Source: Antechinus flavipes (taxonomy: Eukaryota). Taken from it: DNA of 64,000 nucleotides. The notes beneath the pieces are model-generated. The model did no database searches and was not told the origin of the DNA. It worked only from the letters and a program-made list of their open reading frames with translations. Below are positions 12,200 to 24,179 of this stretch, piece after piece. The stretch is taken from NCBI RefSeq assembly GCF_016432865.1, contig NC_067400.1:624650001-624714000 (forward strand). Reading direction: 5' to 3'. Within the stretch, counting starts at the first letter, position 1. Each line of letters starts with the position of its first letter. A program made the translations under genes and the position numbers.

Positions 12200-13100
12200 G
12201 TGGAAAAGGGAGGGAGGATCCCTCCGACGCAGGCGCAGAAAGAACGGCCGGGGCCGGTCGGGGCTCAGGTTCTCTCCTGACCAGAACGTGTGACGACCAT
12301 GGCGTGGGCAGGTGGGGGAGGAGGGCCGGAGGAGGACGTGGCCGAGCCGAGGGCGGGAGCGAGCAGGCAGAGCCACGGGCTTGACGTGCTCGTGGCCGCG
12401 GTTCGCCCAGAACTGCGTATTTCTCTTTGGGCGAAGCATTTGGAGCCTTCCTTGTGGCCGAGAGGTGGGTTTGGAACAGGGAGCGACCTCGGCTAACGGC
12501 GAATGGCGGGGGCCGGCCTGGAGCGCCCCGGAGAGCGGCATTGTGGGTACGGGAGGCACCTCCGGTGGGCACGTGACCCGCAGCCGGACCGGATCCCCAG
12601 AGCTGGCTCTGAAGCCCCGGGCCGGCCTCCCGAGGGTCTGCCGGGGACGGAGGCCGCCGTGGAGGCACAAGACGGGGCGGAGCCCCGGGCTCGGAGGGGG
12701 CCGCATCCCAGCGGTCAGCGTGACCCGGCCCGAGGAGCTTCCCGAATCTCAGCTCTCCGGCCGCCTCGGCCCGGGGGCTCCCACCGCTCTCCGCCCTCGC
12801 CGCTGACCTCTGGCGGGTGAGAGCGCTCTCTGGGCTCCGGGTCTGGCAACCGAGGCAGGGGGAGTTCCCGGGGTCGGTCAGAATGCCGAAGGGCCTCGAA
12901 ATTCAGCCACGAGGGGAGGGACGAGGGGAGCCAGAGGCTCCGGCCGAAGCTTCTCCCTCCCGGGCCCAGACGGGCGCCCATCTCCGCCGCCCCTGCCAGA
13001 GGGAGGCCCTCCCAGCCCCTCGGGAGTCAGGCAAGGGCAGCCAGGGCCAGGACCTCGGCAGGACCTCGGGACCGTTGCTCAGCCTGGGAAGGAGATGAAG
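12200..13100. promoter_or_regulatory. Orphan CpG island
   Basis: High CpG density, CACGTGAC at about 12570, several TGACG half-sites. No recognisable coding exon. Confidence 0.5.
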
Positions 13101-14599
13101 CTTCGTTTGGACGAGGCGTCGGGGAGCCCGAAGCTTTGTTAGTGGGTCTCTCGGCCAGGAGGTCTCCCCGCCAGCTCCAGCCTTGCCTACTAATGCGCTT
13201 TCCACCCATCGGTGGAGTTTGACCTTTCTTTGCACCCTCAGCATTACGTGGCATCCCTGGCACATAGTAGGCACTTAATGCCTGTTGACTTGAACTGTGG
13301 GAAGAGTGATGATAGTGTTTATATTTTATATAGTTACATCACTTCTTCCCAAAGGTTTAGGAAGCACTACACAGATCTTATCTCACTGAATCCTGGCAAT
13401 AATCCTGAGAGGAGGGGCTGTTATCTCCATTTTACATTTTAGGAAACCGAGGGGAGGAGATTTATCCAGGGTCAGTGGGTCGGAAGTGTTGAAGGAAGGA
13501 GCGAGCATTTATTGAGCACCGGCAGGGGCCTGGCACTGCGTGCTACACAGTTTACAAATATCGCCTCATTTGATCCTCACAACAATCCCGGGAGGCAGCT
13601 ATTGTGATCCCTATTTTACTGATGGGGAAACTGAGGCAGTCTGAGGTGCCGTGAGTTGCTGTGGTCACACAGCTACTAAGTATCTCAGGCTGGATTTGAA
13701 CTCGGAGCTTTCCGATTCAAAGTCCTGAGCTACCTAAGGACGGCGGACTAGGAACTAAAAATATCCCTTGTTCATTTGGGGCAACGTTCAGGCCACTGAA
13801 GCGGCTCCAGGAGCCCAGAGGAGACGGTTCTCCAGCCTGGCTTCTTTCTGGGGCCGCTGACGCCCACGGCCACAAGTGTGAGGACCCCCGCCCTGGCTGC
13901 CGCTGTCTGAGAAGCAGGGCCTGATGGGGACTTTCCTGAGACCAGAGCGGGGCCCTTGTGGTTAATCATGTAAGCAGGCTCGGTTCTAGAGAAGTCGAAT
14001 GAGGAAAGCAATTCTATTATTAGGTAAGACCATCCTTCCCCCAGAATCCACCAGAGCCAACGGCTTCGGCCGGCTTTCTGGACCAGGGATCCCCTCGGCG
14101 GGTCCCGCGGGCGCCTTTGCCCGGGAGGTCCGGGTGGCTCCTGACTCTGCCCTGGTGCCCCACGCTTCGGCGGCGGCCGCCCCAAGGACTCTGCTTCCGG
14201 GCCGGCCAGACCCCGGGCCTTCTGACCTCTGTGGGCTCACGATTTGGGGCCCCCTCCCCCCAGCGCTGCCGCCATTTCTTCAGCCGTGCTCGCCCTCGGC
14301 GGGCCTCGAGTCCTGCCTTTGACTCTCCCGGGCCGTTTGCGTGGCCAGTGAAGGCGGCAGCGGGAGACCTTGCCTCGCTTTCCTCCCCGCAGGTGCCATT
14401 CCTTCTCAGTGGCGTGGAAGCCTCGGCCCTCTCTCCCTGATTGTCCCCCGGGACCAGCTAGCCCAAGAGGAGTGGCTGGAGGCTCACTGGCCCGCCATAA
14501 TACAACACGTCTCTATCCAGGGACCCAAAGCCCCCATCATCCTTTCCGATTGAGAAAAGGTTCATTCACGCCTACTGACCGATTCAGTCAAGACGTCTG

Positions 14600-15900
14600 G
14601 GCCTTCAGTTCCGATGGTCCTCGTGTGATGGAGAGAGCCATCTGCAGCCAGAGAGGATTGTGGGAACTGAGTGTGGATCGCAGCATAGTATTTGCACCTT
14701 TTTTTATTTGCTTGCATTCTGTTTTTTTTTCTCATTTTTCCCCCTTTTTGATCTGATTTTTCTTGTGCAGGATGATATTTGTGCATATATCAGGAAAGTG
14801 GGGGTGGGGGAGGGAAAATCTTTGGAACACAGGGTTTTGCAAAGGGGAATGTTGAAAATTATCTGTGCAACAATTCTCAGACGAAGAAATTGAAACCATT
14901 TCTAGTCATCTGCAAAGGTGCTCCAAATCACTATTGATCAGAGAAATGCAAATTAAGACAAACCGATACCCCTACACACCTGTCAGATTGGCTAAGATGA
15001 CAGGAAACAATAATGATGAATGTTGGGGGATGTGGGAAAACTGAAGCACTGATGTATTGTTGGTGGATTGTGACCTGATCCAACCATTCTGGAGAGCGAT
15101 CTGGAATTATGCCCCAAAAGTTATCCAACTGTGCATCCCCTTTGATCCAGCAGTGTTTCTACTGGGCTTATACCCCAAAGAGATACTAAAGAAGGGAAAG
15201 GGGCCTGTATGTGCCGAAATATTTGTGGCAGCCCTGTTTGTACTGGCCAGAAAGTAGAAAATGAATGGATGCCCATCAGTTGGAGAATGGCTGGGTAAAT
15301 TGTGGTATAGGAACGTTATGGAATATTATTGTTCTGTAAGGAACGACCAGCAGGATGAATACAGAGAGGCTTGGAGAGACTGACAGGAACTGATGCTGAG
15401 TGAAATGAGCAGAACCAGGAGATCATTATATACCTCAACAACGATATTGTTTGAGGATGTTTTCTGATGGAAGTGAATCTCCTCAACAATGAGATGAACC
15501 AAATCAGTTCCACTTGTGACGGAGAGAACCAGCTACACCCAGAGAGAGGATTGTGGGAACTGAGTGTGGATCACACCATAGCATTTCCACTCTTTCTGTT
15601 TGTTTGCAGTTTTGTTTTCCTTCTCAGGTTTTTTTTTCCTTCTTGATCCGATTTTTCTTGTGCAACAAGACAACTGTATAAATCTGTATACATATGTTGT
15701 ATTTAAGATATACTTTAACATATTTAACCTGTATGGGACTACCTGCCATCTGGGGGAGGGGGTGGGGGGAAGGAGGGGAAAAGTTGCAACAGAAGTTTTT
15801 GCAAGGGTCAGTGTTGAAAAATTACCATGTGTATATCTTGTAAATAAAAAGCTATAATTAAAAAAAAAAAAGAAAATTACCCATGCATGTTTTGAAAATA
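14600..15900 (+). mobile_element. LINE-1 3' fragments (end of ORF2, 3' UTR and poly-A)
   Basis: Translates to ...WNYAPKVIQLCIPFDPAVFLLGLYPKEI... (L1 ORF2 C-terminus) with stops. Ends AATAAAAAGCTATAATT(A)n at about 15845-15875. Confidence 0.9.
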
Positions 15901-15906
15901 AAAGGG

Positions 15907-16061
15907 GGGGCAGTTAGTTGGTGTGGTGCATAGAGCACCAGCCCTTACGTCAGGAGGACCCGAGTGCAAGTCTGGCCTCAGACATTTAACACAGCATAGC
16001 TGTGTGACCTTGGACAAGTCACTTAACCCCAATTGCCTCAGGGGAAAAAAAAGAAGAAAAA
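15907..16061 (+). mobile_element. WSINE1-type SINE with A-rich tail
   Basis: GGGGCAG...TAGAGCACCAGCCCT...TCAGGAGGACCCGAG...CAAGTCACTTAACCCCAATTGCCTC. Confidence 0.85.
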
Positions 16062-16063
16062 GC

Positions 16064-16417
16064 TGTCTGGGCCTCTTGTGATTGATGGGGGTGATTTATT
16101 CAGCTGATTTCTCTGAGGAAAGTCATGTGGAGAAGTCTCATGTAAGGCAGGAGCCGAGTTCGAAAAAAAGACTAGAGATTCTAAAGTGAAAAAGAATTGA
16201 GTGCACCTGAAGCTAATGCAAAGCCATGGAGGTGGAAGAACAAGGCGTGGAGTGTGTGGAGACCGGTGGGGAAAGGAGGATCCCGGCCTGTGGTGCTTAT
16301 TTAAGGGCGACTAAAGGCAGCTTGGGTGGAGGGGGGGGGGTTACGAGGTGAGGGGCATCTCACACCAGAGCCGGTTGTTCAATTTCCTATGTGATCACTT
16401 ACACTCTGAAATTGACA
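16064..16417 (-). mobile_element. Possible solo LTR
   Basis: TG...CA termini. Read on the minus strand, a TTAAATA box precedes AATAAA. No clean target-site duplication found. Confidence 0.35.
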
Positions 16418-16429
16418 AGCGCCAATTTC

Positions 16430-16830
16430 TTTTCTCTGTGTGCCCCCCTTCTCTGTGCCCCCTTTCTCTCTGTGTGCCCCTTTCTCTCTGCCCCCCTTCT
16501 CTGTGTCCCCCTTCTCTCTGTGTGCCCCCCTTCTCTGTGCCCCTTCTCTCTGTGTGCCCCTTTCTGTGTGACCCCCTTCTCTGTGCACCCCCCTTCTCTC
16601 TGTGCCCCCCTTCTCTTTGTGCCCCCTTCTGTGTGCCCCTTCTCTCTGTGTGCCCCTTCTCTCTGTGTGCCTCTTTCTCTCTTTGTGCCCCTTTGTGTGC
16701 CCCTTTCTGTGTGCCCCCTTCTCTGTGCGCCCCCCTCTCTGTGTGCCCCTTTCTCTCTGTGCCCCCCTTCTCTTTGTGCCCCCTTTCTCTCTGTGTGCCC
16801 CCCTTCTCTCTGTGCCCCCCTTCTCTCTGT
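16430..16830. repeat. Degenerate (CTCTGTGTGCCCCCTT)n tandem repeat
   Basis: Direct inspection. Confidence 0.9.
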
Positions 16831-17439
16831 TTTTCCAGACTTTCTGAGCCTCTGTCTTACAGTGATATTGGACAAATGGATGGAGGGCTGGGCAGGGAAG
16901 CCCTTCGTGGTTCCTTCCAAGGATCAGGGGAGGCCGGGAAAGTCCTGAAAATGCCCCCCAGGTTCAGGGGGTGACTCAGAAGCCCGAGGGCACCTCGGTT
17001 CCAGGGAGGAGTCCGGGAGAAGCTGCTGACCTGGTGCTGGGCCTTAAGCTCCCCCCCCCCCCAGCGCCTCATCAGCACAGCCCGGGCTCTCGGGGACTCA
17101 GGGCCAGCCTTGCAGCTTGGGCTCGGGCCCCTCCAACCCGAGGCATCTTTGTCTGGGAGAACAAGGGCGGGGCTGAGAACACAGACTGGTCCAGGCGCTC
17201 CCCCCTCCCCAGAAACCATGATCCCATGTCATACTCTCCTTATGATGCAGAGGGAGCCGCCCCCCAAACGGAGAGAGGGGGATGCGGAGAAGCTGCTGGA
17301 GCAGCGGCCGGGAGAGCCTGAGAGACCACACAACAAAGGGATTGTGGGAACAGAGCTGGGGCAGAAGGGGGGGCGAGCCCCCAGAGGGGTCGTCAAAGAG
17401 ATGGGGGAGGGGAGGGCGCCCACGCAGATGTGCAGATGG

Positions 17440-17840
17440 AAGTGAAGTCAGAGAAAGACCCACAGAGACAGAGACTGACAGAGACTGAGAGAGATGAGAG
17501 ACTGTAGAGAGACAGACACACGTACACAGAGACAGACCAAGAGATACAGAGACTGAGAGAGATGAGAGACCCAGAGACAGAGATGCAGAGAGACAGAGAC
17601 ACACAGAAAGAGAGACAGAGACTGAGAAGAGAGAGACAGGGAGAGAGACAGGGAGAGAGACAGAGACAGAGACAGAGACAGAGACAGAGACTGAGAAGAC
17701 AGACAGGGAGAGAAACAGAGACAGATGGGGGCACACACACACAGGAGAGACAGAGACTGAGAGACACAGAAAGAAAGAGACAGGGAGGGGGAGGGGAAAT
17801 TAGGGAGGGAGAGAGGCAGAAAGGAGAAAAGAGACATAGA
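17440..17840. repeat. GA-rich microsatellite, (AGAGAC)n-like
   Basis: Direct inspection. Confidence 0.9.
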
Positions 17841-18743
17841 AGAGACAGGCGGGAAAGAGGAAGGAAGCGGAAGAGGGCAGTGTCGGTCCAGAGGAGGGCA
17901 ATCAGCCTGGTGAAGGGTCTGGCCTCCAGAGCCCGGGGAGGCTTCCTCTTGCTCTCAAGGGTTGCCGGGGAGGTTGTTAGGGGGGAGGCCTCTGGGGGCG
18001 GTGCTGAGCTGGGGAGATGGGGGGCAGCGCGGCCCTCTTGGGGAGGCCCCTGCCGGGCCGCGGCTCAGCCTGCTTCTCCCCCCGGACTGTGCGGCGGCTC
18101 CCGAGGCTGGAGGACGCCTGCCCCCCAACCGAAAAGGCCCCAGGCCAGAAGCAGAGCCCAGGGGGGGCCTGAGATGCAAGGGGGGGTGGGGGGCTCCCGG
18201 GCAGCCCGGCTTCGGCAGAGAAGCCCCGGATCTCCGCAGTCTGGAAGCCGCGCAGGGAGCAGCCCCGCCCGGGCCCCTTCCGAGCTGGTCCGGGCGTTCC
18301 CGCCCTCACGTCCCCCTCCCTCCCCCTCACCCCGGGTTTGGCTCGCGGTCCTTCCACGACGGGGAAGTTCCCTCGCGGCCCCGAGAGCGTAGCCCCGGGG
18401 GCCCCGGGACCGGCCCCTCGTCCGCGCTCTTGGATGAAATGGCCAGTTGCGCCTGAGACTCGCGGTTTCCCCCGCGTTCTGCAGGATCAGATCATTCGCC
18501 GGCCCCACTGCGGAGAGCGCCCCCCTCGGGCGCGGGGGGCGATGCCAGACGTGCGCTTGCGGTTCCGGAGAGCTGAGCCGGGGCCGCCTCCCCAGGGGAT
18601 CAGAGAAGCTACCAGGACACTCCCGAGGTCTCTGAAGAACTTTAGAATTGGCTGCCAGGCTGCCGGGCCCTCCCTCCTCAGAGAAGGTTCTGGGCTCTGG
18701 GAGCGGAGCAGAATTAAGTCAGCTCAGGAGAAGCAGGAGCCGC

Positions 18744-18850
18744 GGGCAGCCCGGTGGCGCAGGGGGCGGAGCCCCGGCCCTGAAGTCAGCAGGACCCGAG
18801 TTCAAATCTGGCCTCAGCCCCTTAACACTTCCCGGCTGTGTGACCCCGGG
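18744..18850 (+). mobile_element. WSINE1-type SINE, strongly GC-shifted
   Basis: GGGCAGCCCGGTGGCGCAG...GGACCCGAGTTCAAATCTGGCCTCAG...TTAACACTTCCCGGCTGTGTGACC. Confidence 0.8.
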
Positions 18851-21800
18851 GATGTTCATGGGGACGCACACAGTCCGACCTGTGGCCCCTCCCCACAGTG
18901 GCCTCCCTGGAACCGCCCTCTAGGATGATCCAGTATTTCTTGCAGAGGGAAGGCCCCAAGCAGGCCTTTTGATTCCAGTCCCACCCCAGGTGGGGGTCTC
19001 TAGTAACTGCACCTTACTGCATCTCCTCAGAAAACCAAATTAGCCGCCAACTCCCCCAGGTGCTATTTCCCCTATAAGAAATCCACCTCATGGAGTCTGG
19101 CATCTTCCCCCTGGCGGATCGGGAGTTCCACTGGGGAACTTGTCTCCCCCTTTTTGTTCATCGCTAACCTCCCTTCTTCTCGGGAAAGACTGTTACAGAT
19201 GGATCTCACTCTCGGCAGCTTAATAAAACCTCTGACGTTGGGACTTTTGACAGGATGGAGCATCAGCCCCCGATTCTGGTGTCGCTGTACAGGGATAGCC
19301 CCCCTCACCTCGGCAGAAGGACCGCGGAAGTCACAGGAACTGCTCTGAAGCGGGAAGTGCCCACAATGACACGGAGAGGGTCAGAGGTCGGATTAGAACT
19401 CGCATCCTTTTGAATTTCAGGCAGTTTTCTTTGTTTTCCCACCCACCTCCGCCTTCCGGGTTCTTTTTGTGTGCAAACCTGAGAAACTAGAGTCCCTAAG
19501 GGATCTCTTGGGCAACCGGCCCGTTGCCAGTCGGCAGCAGCCCTCCCGGTGTGGGGGGCCGCCTCGCCAGGCGGAAGGCCCCGCCCCCCCAAAGGCTTTA
19601 CCTCGGAGGAAGGCGGTGAGTTTTCCCTAACGCTGGCCGACGTCTGCTTTTGTGGCGGGCTCTGGGAGGGCGTCTGCGGCGCATTCCTTTTCCGGGATGG
19701 GGGAAGCGCGGGCTGCCCCATCCCACTAACCGGGTGTCTGTGCCGAGCCCCCGGGCTCACCTGGGAGCCTGTTCCCCACATCCGGGGCCTCCCAGGTCCA
19801 AGCCACAAGTAAGCTCTGTCCGGGAGACTTCCCCGCGGGGGAGGGGAGCGCGTGCTGGGGAATGGGAGCGAGATAGAGGAAGTGACTCCTGGGGAGGCCC
19901 CAAAAGTCCGGTGACGTTGGAGCCCTTCCCGAGGGACACGCAACAGCTGAGCTGCGGCTTCCGGAGGGGCAGTCTCGGGGCTGGAAGCGCGCGGGGTTCT
20001 GGAAGGTCACCGGAGGCGGTGCGAGACCTCGGCCGCTGTAAGCCCAGGTCTCTCGTAGGTCTGCCTTTGACTGGGAGGACTCTCAGTCCGGCCGTATTAA
20101 GTCCAGGTGGCTACCGGGACAGAAAACGGCCTCCTTCATAGGTCAAAAGTCAATCAATCTGGGGGAGAAAGCGAGGACGGCCGTTGACCCGAGAACGGCC
20201 CACTGGGACTTGGCTCATTGGTGGCCAGTTGAGGAGAGTCAGTGACTTGGGTTCGGAAGAAATCTAACCAACAAAGCTGCGCCCAGCCCGTCAGGATCCG
20301 AGCCCGGGGGTGGAAGGGTTCCGGGAGGGCCGTCCTTTCCGGGGTCCCCCCACCGCGGCCCTCCTCCCCGCAGCGTCCAGGCCCAGAAAGCTTCCTCACT
20401 TCCAGACACACTCTGCCCGTTTCACCCATTTCACTTTTCCTAAATCTGGTGAACAATAAAACTCGAGGGAAGCAAACACATTGTACTCAGCTGATGTCTG
20501 TTAAACTGCCTGCTGGGCGCAAGGCTGGCCGGGGAAGGAAGCTGTTTACTAAGCGCCCACTCCGTGCCAGGTCCGGGGAACGCTCTGCAGACATCTCCTC
20601 TGCTCTCCATGACAAGCCTGCGAGGTGACTGAGGGGACTGGGGAGGCCCCGGGGGCTGGAAAGACAAAAATGCAGCTTGGCCGCTTCCCTGTGGAGCTCG
20701 CCACCACCCTGGAGAAGCCAAGACCAGACTCGACTCCGGGGTTAAGGGACTTGACCAAGCTGACACCCTGGAGGCAGATGTTCTGGCGCTGGTGGGGACG
20801 AGAAGACCTGGACTCTGAGCCTTCCCGGCTGCGTGACCGAGCCCCGTTCTTTACCTCGCTAGGGTACGAGCCGCAGGGGGTGGCGATAGGGCAAGAAATT
20901 CCCTCCCGGGTGAGTTCCCGGGGCCTCCATGGACTGATGCGGTGAGGGCAGCCCCAGCAGCTCGGGAGGAGGGCCGAGGGGCAAGGGCCCCTGAGCCTGG
21001 AGGAAAGCCGTGGCTTCTGAAGGATGGACAGGAGGGAGGGCCTTCCAAGGGTCGTTTAATATCTCAATGCAAAGGCAGGAGAGGAAGGGGGTCAGGGAGC
21101 AGTGAGGAGGTGGGTTCAACAGGGCCAGCGAGGAGGAAGGGAAGGTCAGGCTGGGAAGGACTTTCCTAGCGTCAGGACCCCAGAAGCCTCCGGTCCGAAT
21201 GCACAAGAGCGGCTTCTGTAGCCCCCCAATGGCAAGCTGAGGCGGTCACTGAGAAGGGGGGCGGCCATGTTGGAACCTCTTGTCTTGGTCTCCGCAGTGT
21301 GGAAATATGAAGGTCTAATGAGCAGAATTCACGAAGGAAATTCACTAATCATTTATTAAGCGCCAGCTGAGTCCCATGGGGGCACTTTGCCTGGCACCAG
21401 CAGGTGCTAAATAAATGGTTTAATGAGCCCATCCTAGACTATTACTAAATGGTCTAATTAGCACGTGATAGGTGCTTAATAAATAGTTTTTTTAAAACCC
21501 ACACATAAGTGCTTAATAAATAGTTGAATTAGCAAAAGGGCTCCCCCAATGTGGCCACGACACATGAAGGACGGTAATTGGTGAAGGTGCTTGTGGCTTC
21601 TGCCGTGCCACATCTCACCAGCCAGTGCCCTGGACCCTGTGGGGACCCCCTGAAAGATGGCACTCCGCCTTGTTTCTCAGGGACCCCACAAGACAAAGAT
21701 TCGTGTTTTCTCATCTCCTCTTTTGGGTCAGATCGCATTATTGCCCCCTCCATAAGTCAGAGCAGCTTCTGGGAGATCATCTTGCTTCATTCAAATGCTG

Positions 21801-22029
21801 GCAATCTTTATATTTATTGCAGTGCAGTAGAGCGGCGCGTGTTATAATTATTGCCTTCTAAGTTAGTTTCAGGATGATTTTCTGGTTTTGCATATTTCCT
21901 CTATATCGACATCACGCCTCCATGCCATCTATTTTTATGATAACGTGTTAATTTTGCCTCATTTCGTTAGTCCTTCCGGGTCGGTGGTTTTTCACCGTCA
22001 TGCTTTCCTGTGTTATTTCTAGATCTAAT

Positions 22030-22245
22030 GCTATTTTTGTTGTGTTTCTGCTGGCTCTTGTGACCTCATTTGGCATTGTCTGGGCAAAGAAACTCAAGTG
22101 CTTTGCCACTTCTTTCTCCAGCTTATTTTTACAGAAGAGGAAACTGAGGTAAACTGGATTAAATGACTTACCTAGGATCACACAGCTCGTATCCGAGGCC
22201 ATATTTGAATTCAGGTCTTCCTGATTCCAGACCTGAGTCACTTAA
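22030..22245 (-). mobile_element. MAR1-type marsupial SINE
   Basis: Reverse complement has CORE (CTGTGTGATCCTAGGTAAGTCA...CAGTTTCCTC) plus RTE-like tail GGAGAAAGAAGTGGCAAAGCAC...CCAAATGAGGTCACAAGAG. Confidence 0.7.
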
Positions 22246-22559
22246 TTTATTTAATATTGTGCTTTGAGGGGAGATACAGAGACAGGGTATGTGTGTGTGG
22301 TGGATGAATGTGGTTTTCCTGAGAGCTTGGAGTAATAATCCTTTATCTCTTTAACTGTCAATGAATTGATTCTCTCTGAATAAATGACATGATATCTCCT
22401 TTTCTGTATTTGGTGCTATGTTGTGTAATTCCACTGTGCCTTGGCTGACTGCAGGGACTATAAAGACCCGGATGAATTTTCCTGGCCAGAGTAATTTGGT
22501 TTTTTACATGCAGGGAGGATGGGGGCCACGTGTTTGGGGAGTTCAGCTGTGTTTTTGAA

Positions 22560-24000
22560 ATCCTTTCTCTGAAAGTGGAAGCCCAGTGTTCCCTCTATTT
22601 TTTTTTCATTCTTTTGCTAGCTTTATGTTATTGCATTTTTTAAAATATAAAATTCTCCCTATTTTTATAAGTTGGACCAGTTTTTTTTTTTTTTTAGGCT
22701 AAACATGTGTGATTCTTCTAAATATATTTTCATATGTGTTATGCTGCACCCCCCCAAAAAAAAAATCAGACCAAAATGAAAAAGATATAAGAAAGGAAAA
22801 AAAAAACAACAACAAGCAAACAAACAAGGTGAAAATACTGTGCTTTGATCCACACTAGTCTCCATAGTTCTCTCTCTCTGGATGTGTCTGGCACTTTCCC
22901 GTTGGAACTGCCTGGGAATCACTGCATTGTCGACAAGACCTATGTCCATCACAGTTAACCGTCACATAATCTTGTTACTACGTACAATATTCTCCTGGTT
23001 TTGCGGACTTTACTCAGCCTCAGTTCATACAAATCTTCCCGGGCTTTTCTGAAATCCCCCCACTGATCGCTTCTTATAGAACAATAATACTCCATAATGT
23101 AATGTTCTCTATCGTTCTCTGGGAGCAGGTTTCTCGGGGAGGTTTTCTGGAGGCAACCTTAGTTTCAGTTCAGAGTAAAAATCACCTCAAATGCAGCCAG
23201 GAGTTAAAATCCACACATTTATTTTCTCCTTGCACGTCTTGTCTCTTTCCTTAGGCCCGGTTAGCTTTCTTAGAAGCCTCTCTCCCTCCTTGTTCCAAGA
23301 GCTCTTGCTCTTTTGTTGGCTCCAGCTCCCTCTGAATCTTGGTTCTCCACTTCTCCACTGACTCCAGGAGCTCCTTGTATATGATCTCTTAAAGGTGTGA
23401 GCCCAAAGGTGGACTCCTCCTCTGAGAGAGGGGGATTGTGGGTTTCTGACTTGTGAATCTCCCCAACTTGTGAACGTCCCCAACTTGTGAACTCTAATGT
23501 GTGAACTCTCTGAAATGTGTGAGCTCTAAAGGGTGAATTCTCCCAAAGGTGGGAACTCCAAAGGTGGGAACCCAAGCCCATAAGCACTGTTTCTCTCACT
23601 TCCGTTGAGTTAACACTAGGATTCGAACACCATAACATTCATATACTACGACTTATTCGGCCATTCTCCAGCTCATGGGCATCCACTCAGTTTCCACTTT
23701 CTCGCCACTACAAAAAGGACTCCCTCAGTTTCCCATTTGCTTTGTCTCCATCTCTATCTGTTGTCTCTTCGGTTCGTATTAAGTTTTTTGAAGTCCTTTT
23801 CCTTCTTTTACGATCTTTTGGGGATACAGACCTAGTAGAGACACTGCTGGATCAAAGGGGATGTCCACTTTTATAGCCCTTTGGACATGATTCCAAACGG
23901 CTCTGAAAAGATCATTTCACAACTCTCCCCACAATGCATTAGTCGGACCATGCTTTTGATTTTATTTTTCATTTATTGTTTAACTCTTCAACATGGAATC
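22560..24000 (-). mobile_element. Old LINE-1 3' segment, interrupted by an LTR
   Basis: T-rich L1 3' UTR-like sequence. The L1 resumes in register (CCATAACATTCATATAC) after the insertion. Confidence 0.7.
23098..23629 (-). mobile_element. Solo ERV LTR, 532 bp, with 6-bp target-site duplication CCATAA
   Basis: Starts TGT, ends ACA. CCATAA at 23092-23097 and 23630-23635. Minus-strand AATAAA at about 23218. Internal short enhancer-like repeats 23455-23575. Confidence 0.85.
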
Positions 24001-24179
24001 TATGCTAAATGTCAGGCAAAATAAGAACTGGTGTAACATTTACTCATTAGGAGGCAAATGTGGAAATAATCATAATATCATTAATAATTAATTATTATTT
24101 AATTACTATAAAATTAATATAATTAATAATAATATTATTATTAAAAGCAAATATATATATTTATATAAAACTATCCCTT

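Noticed and set aside
16348-17840. Cys/Pro-rich and Arg/Glu-rich ORFs
   Set aside because: Translations of microsatellites.
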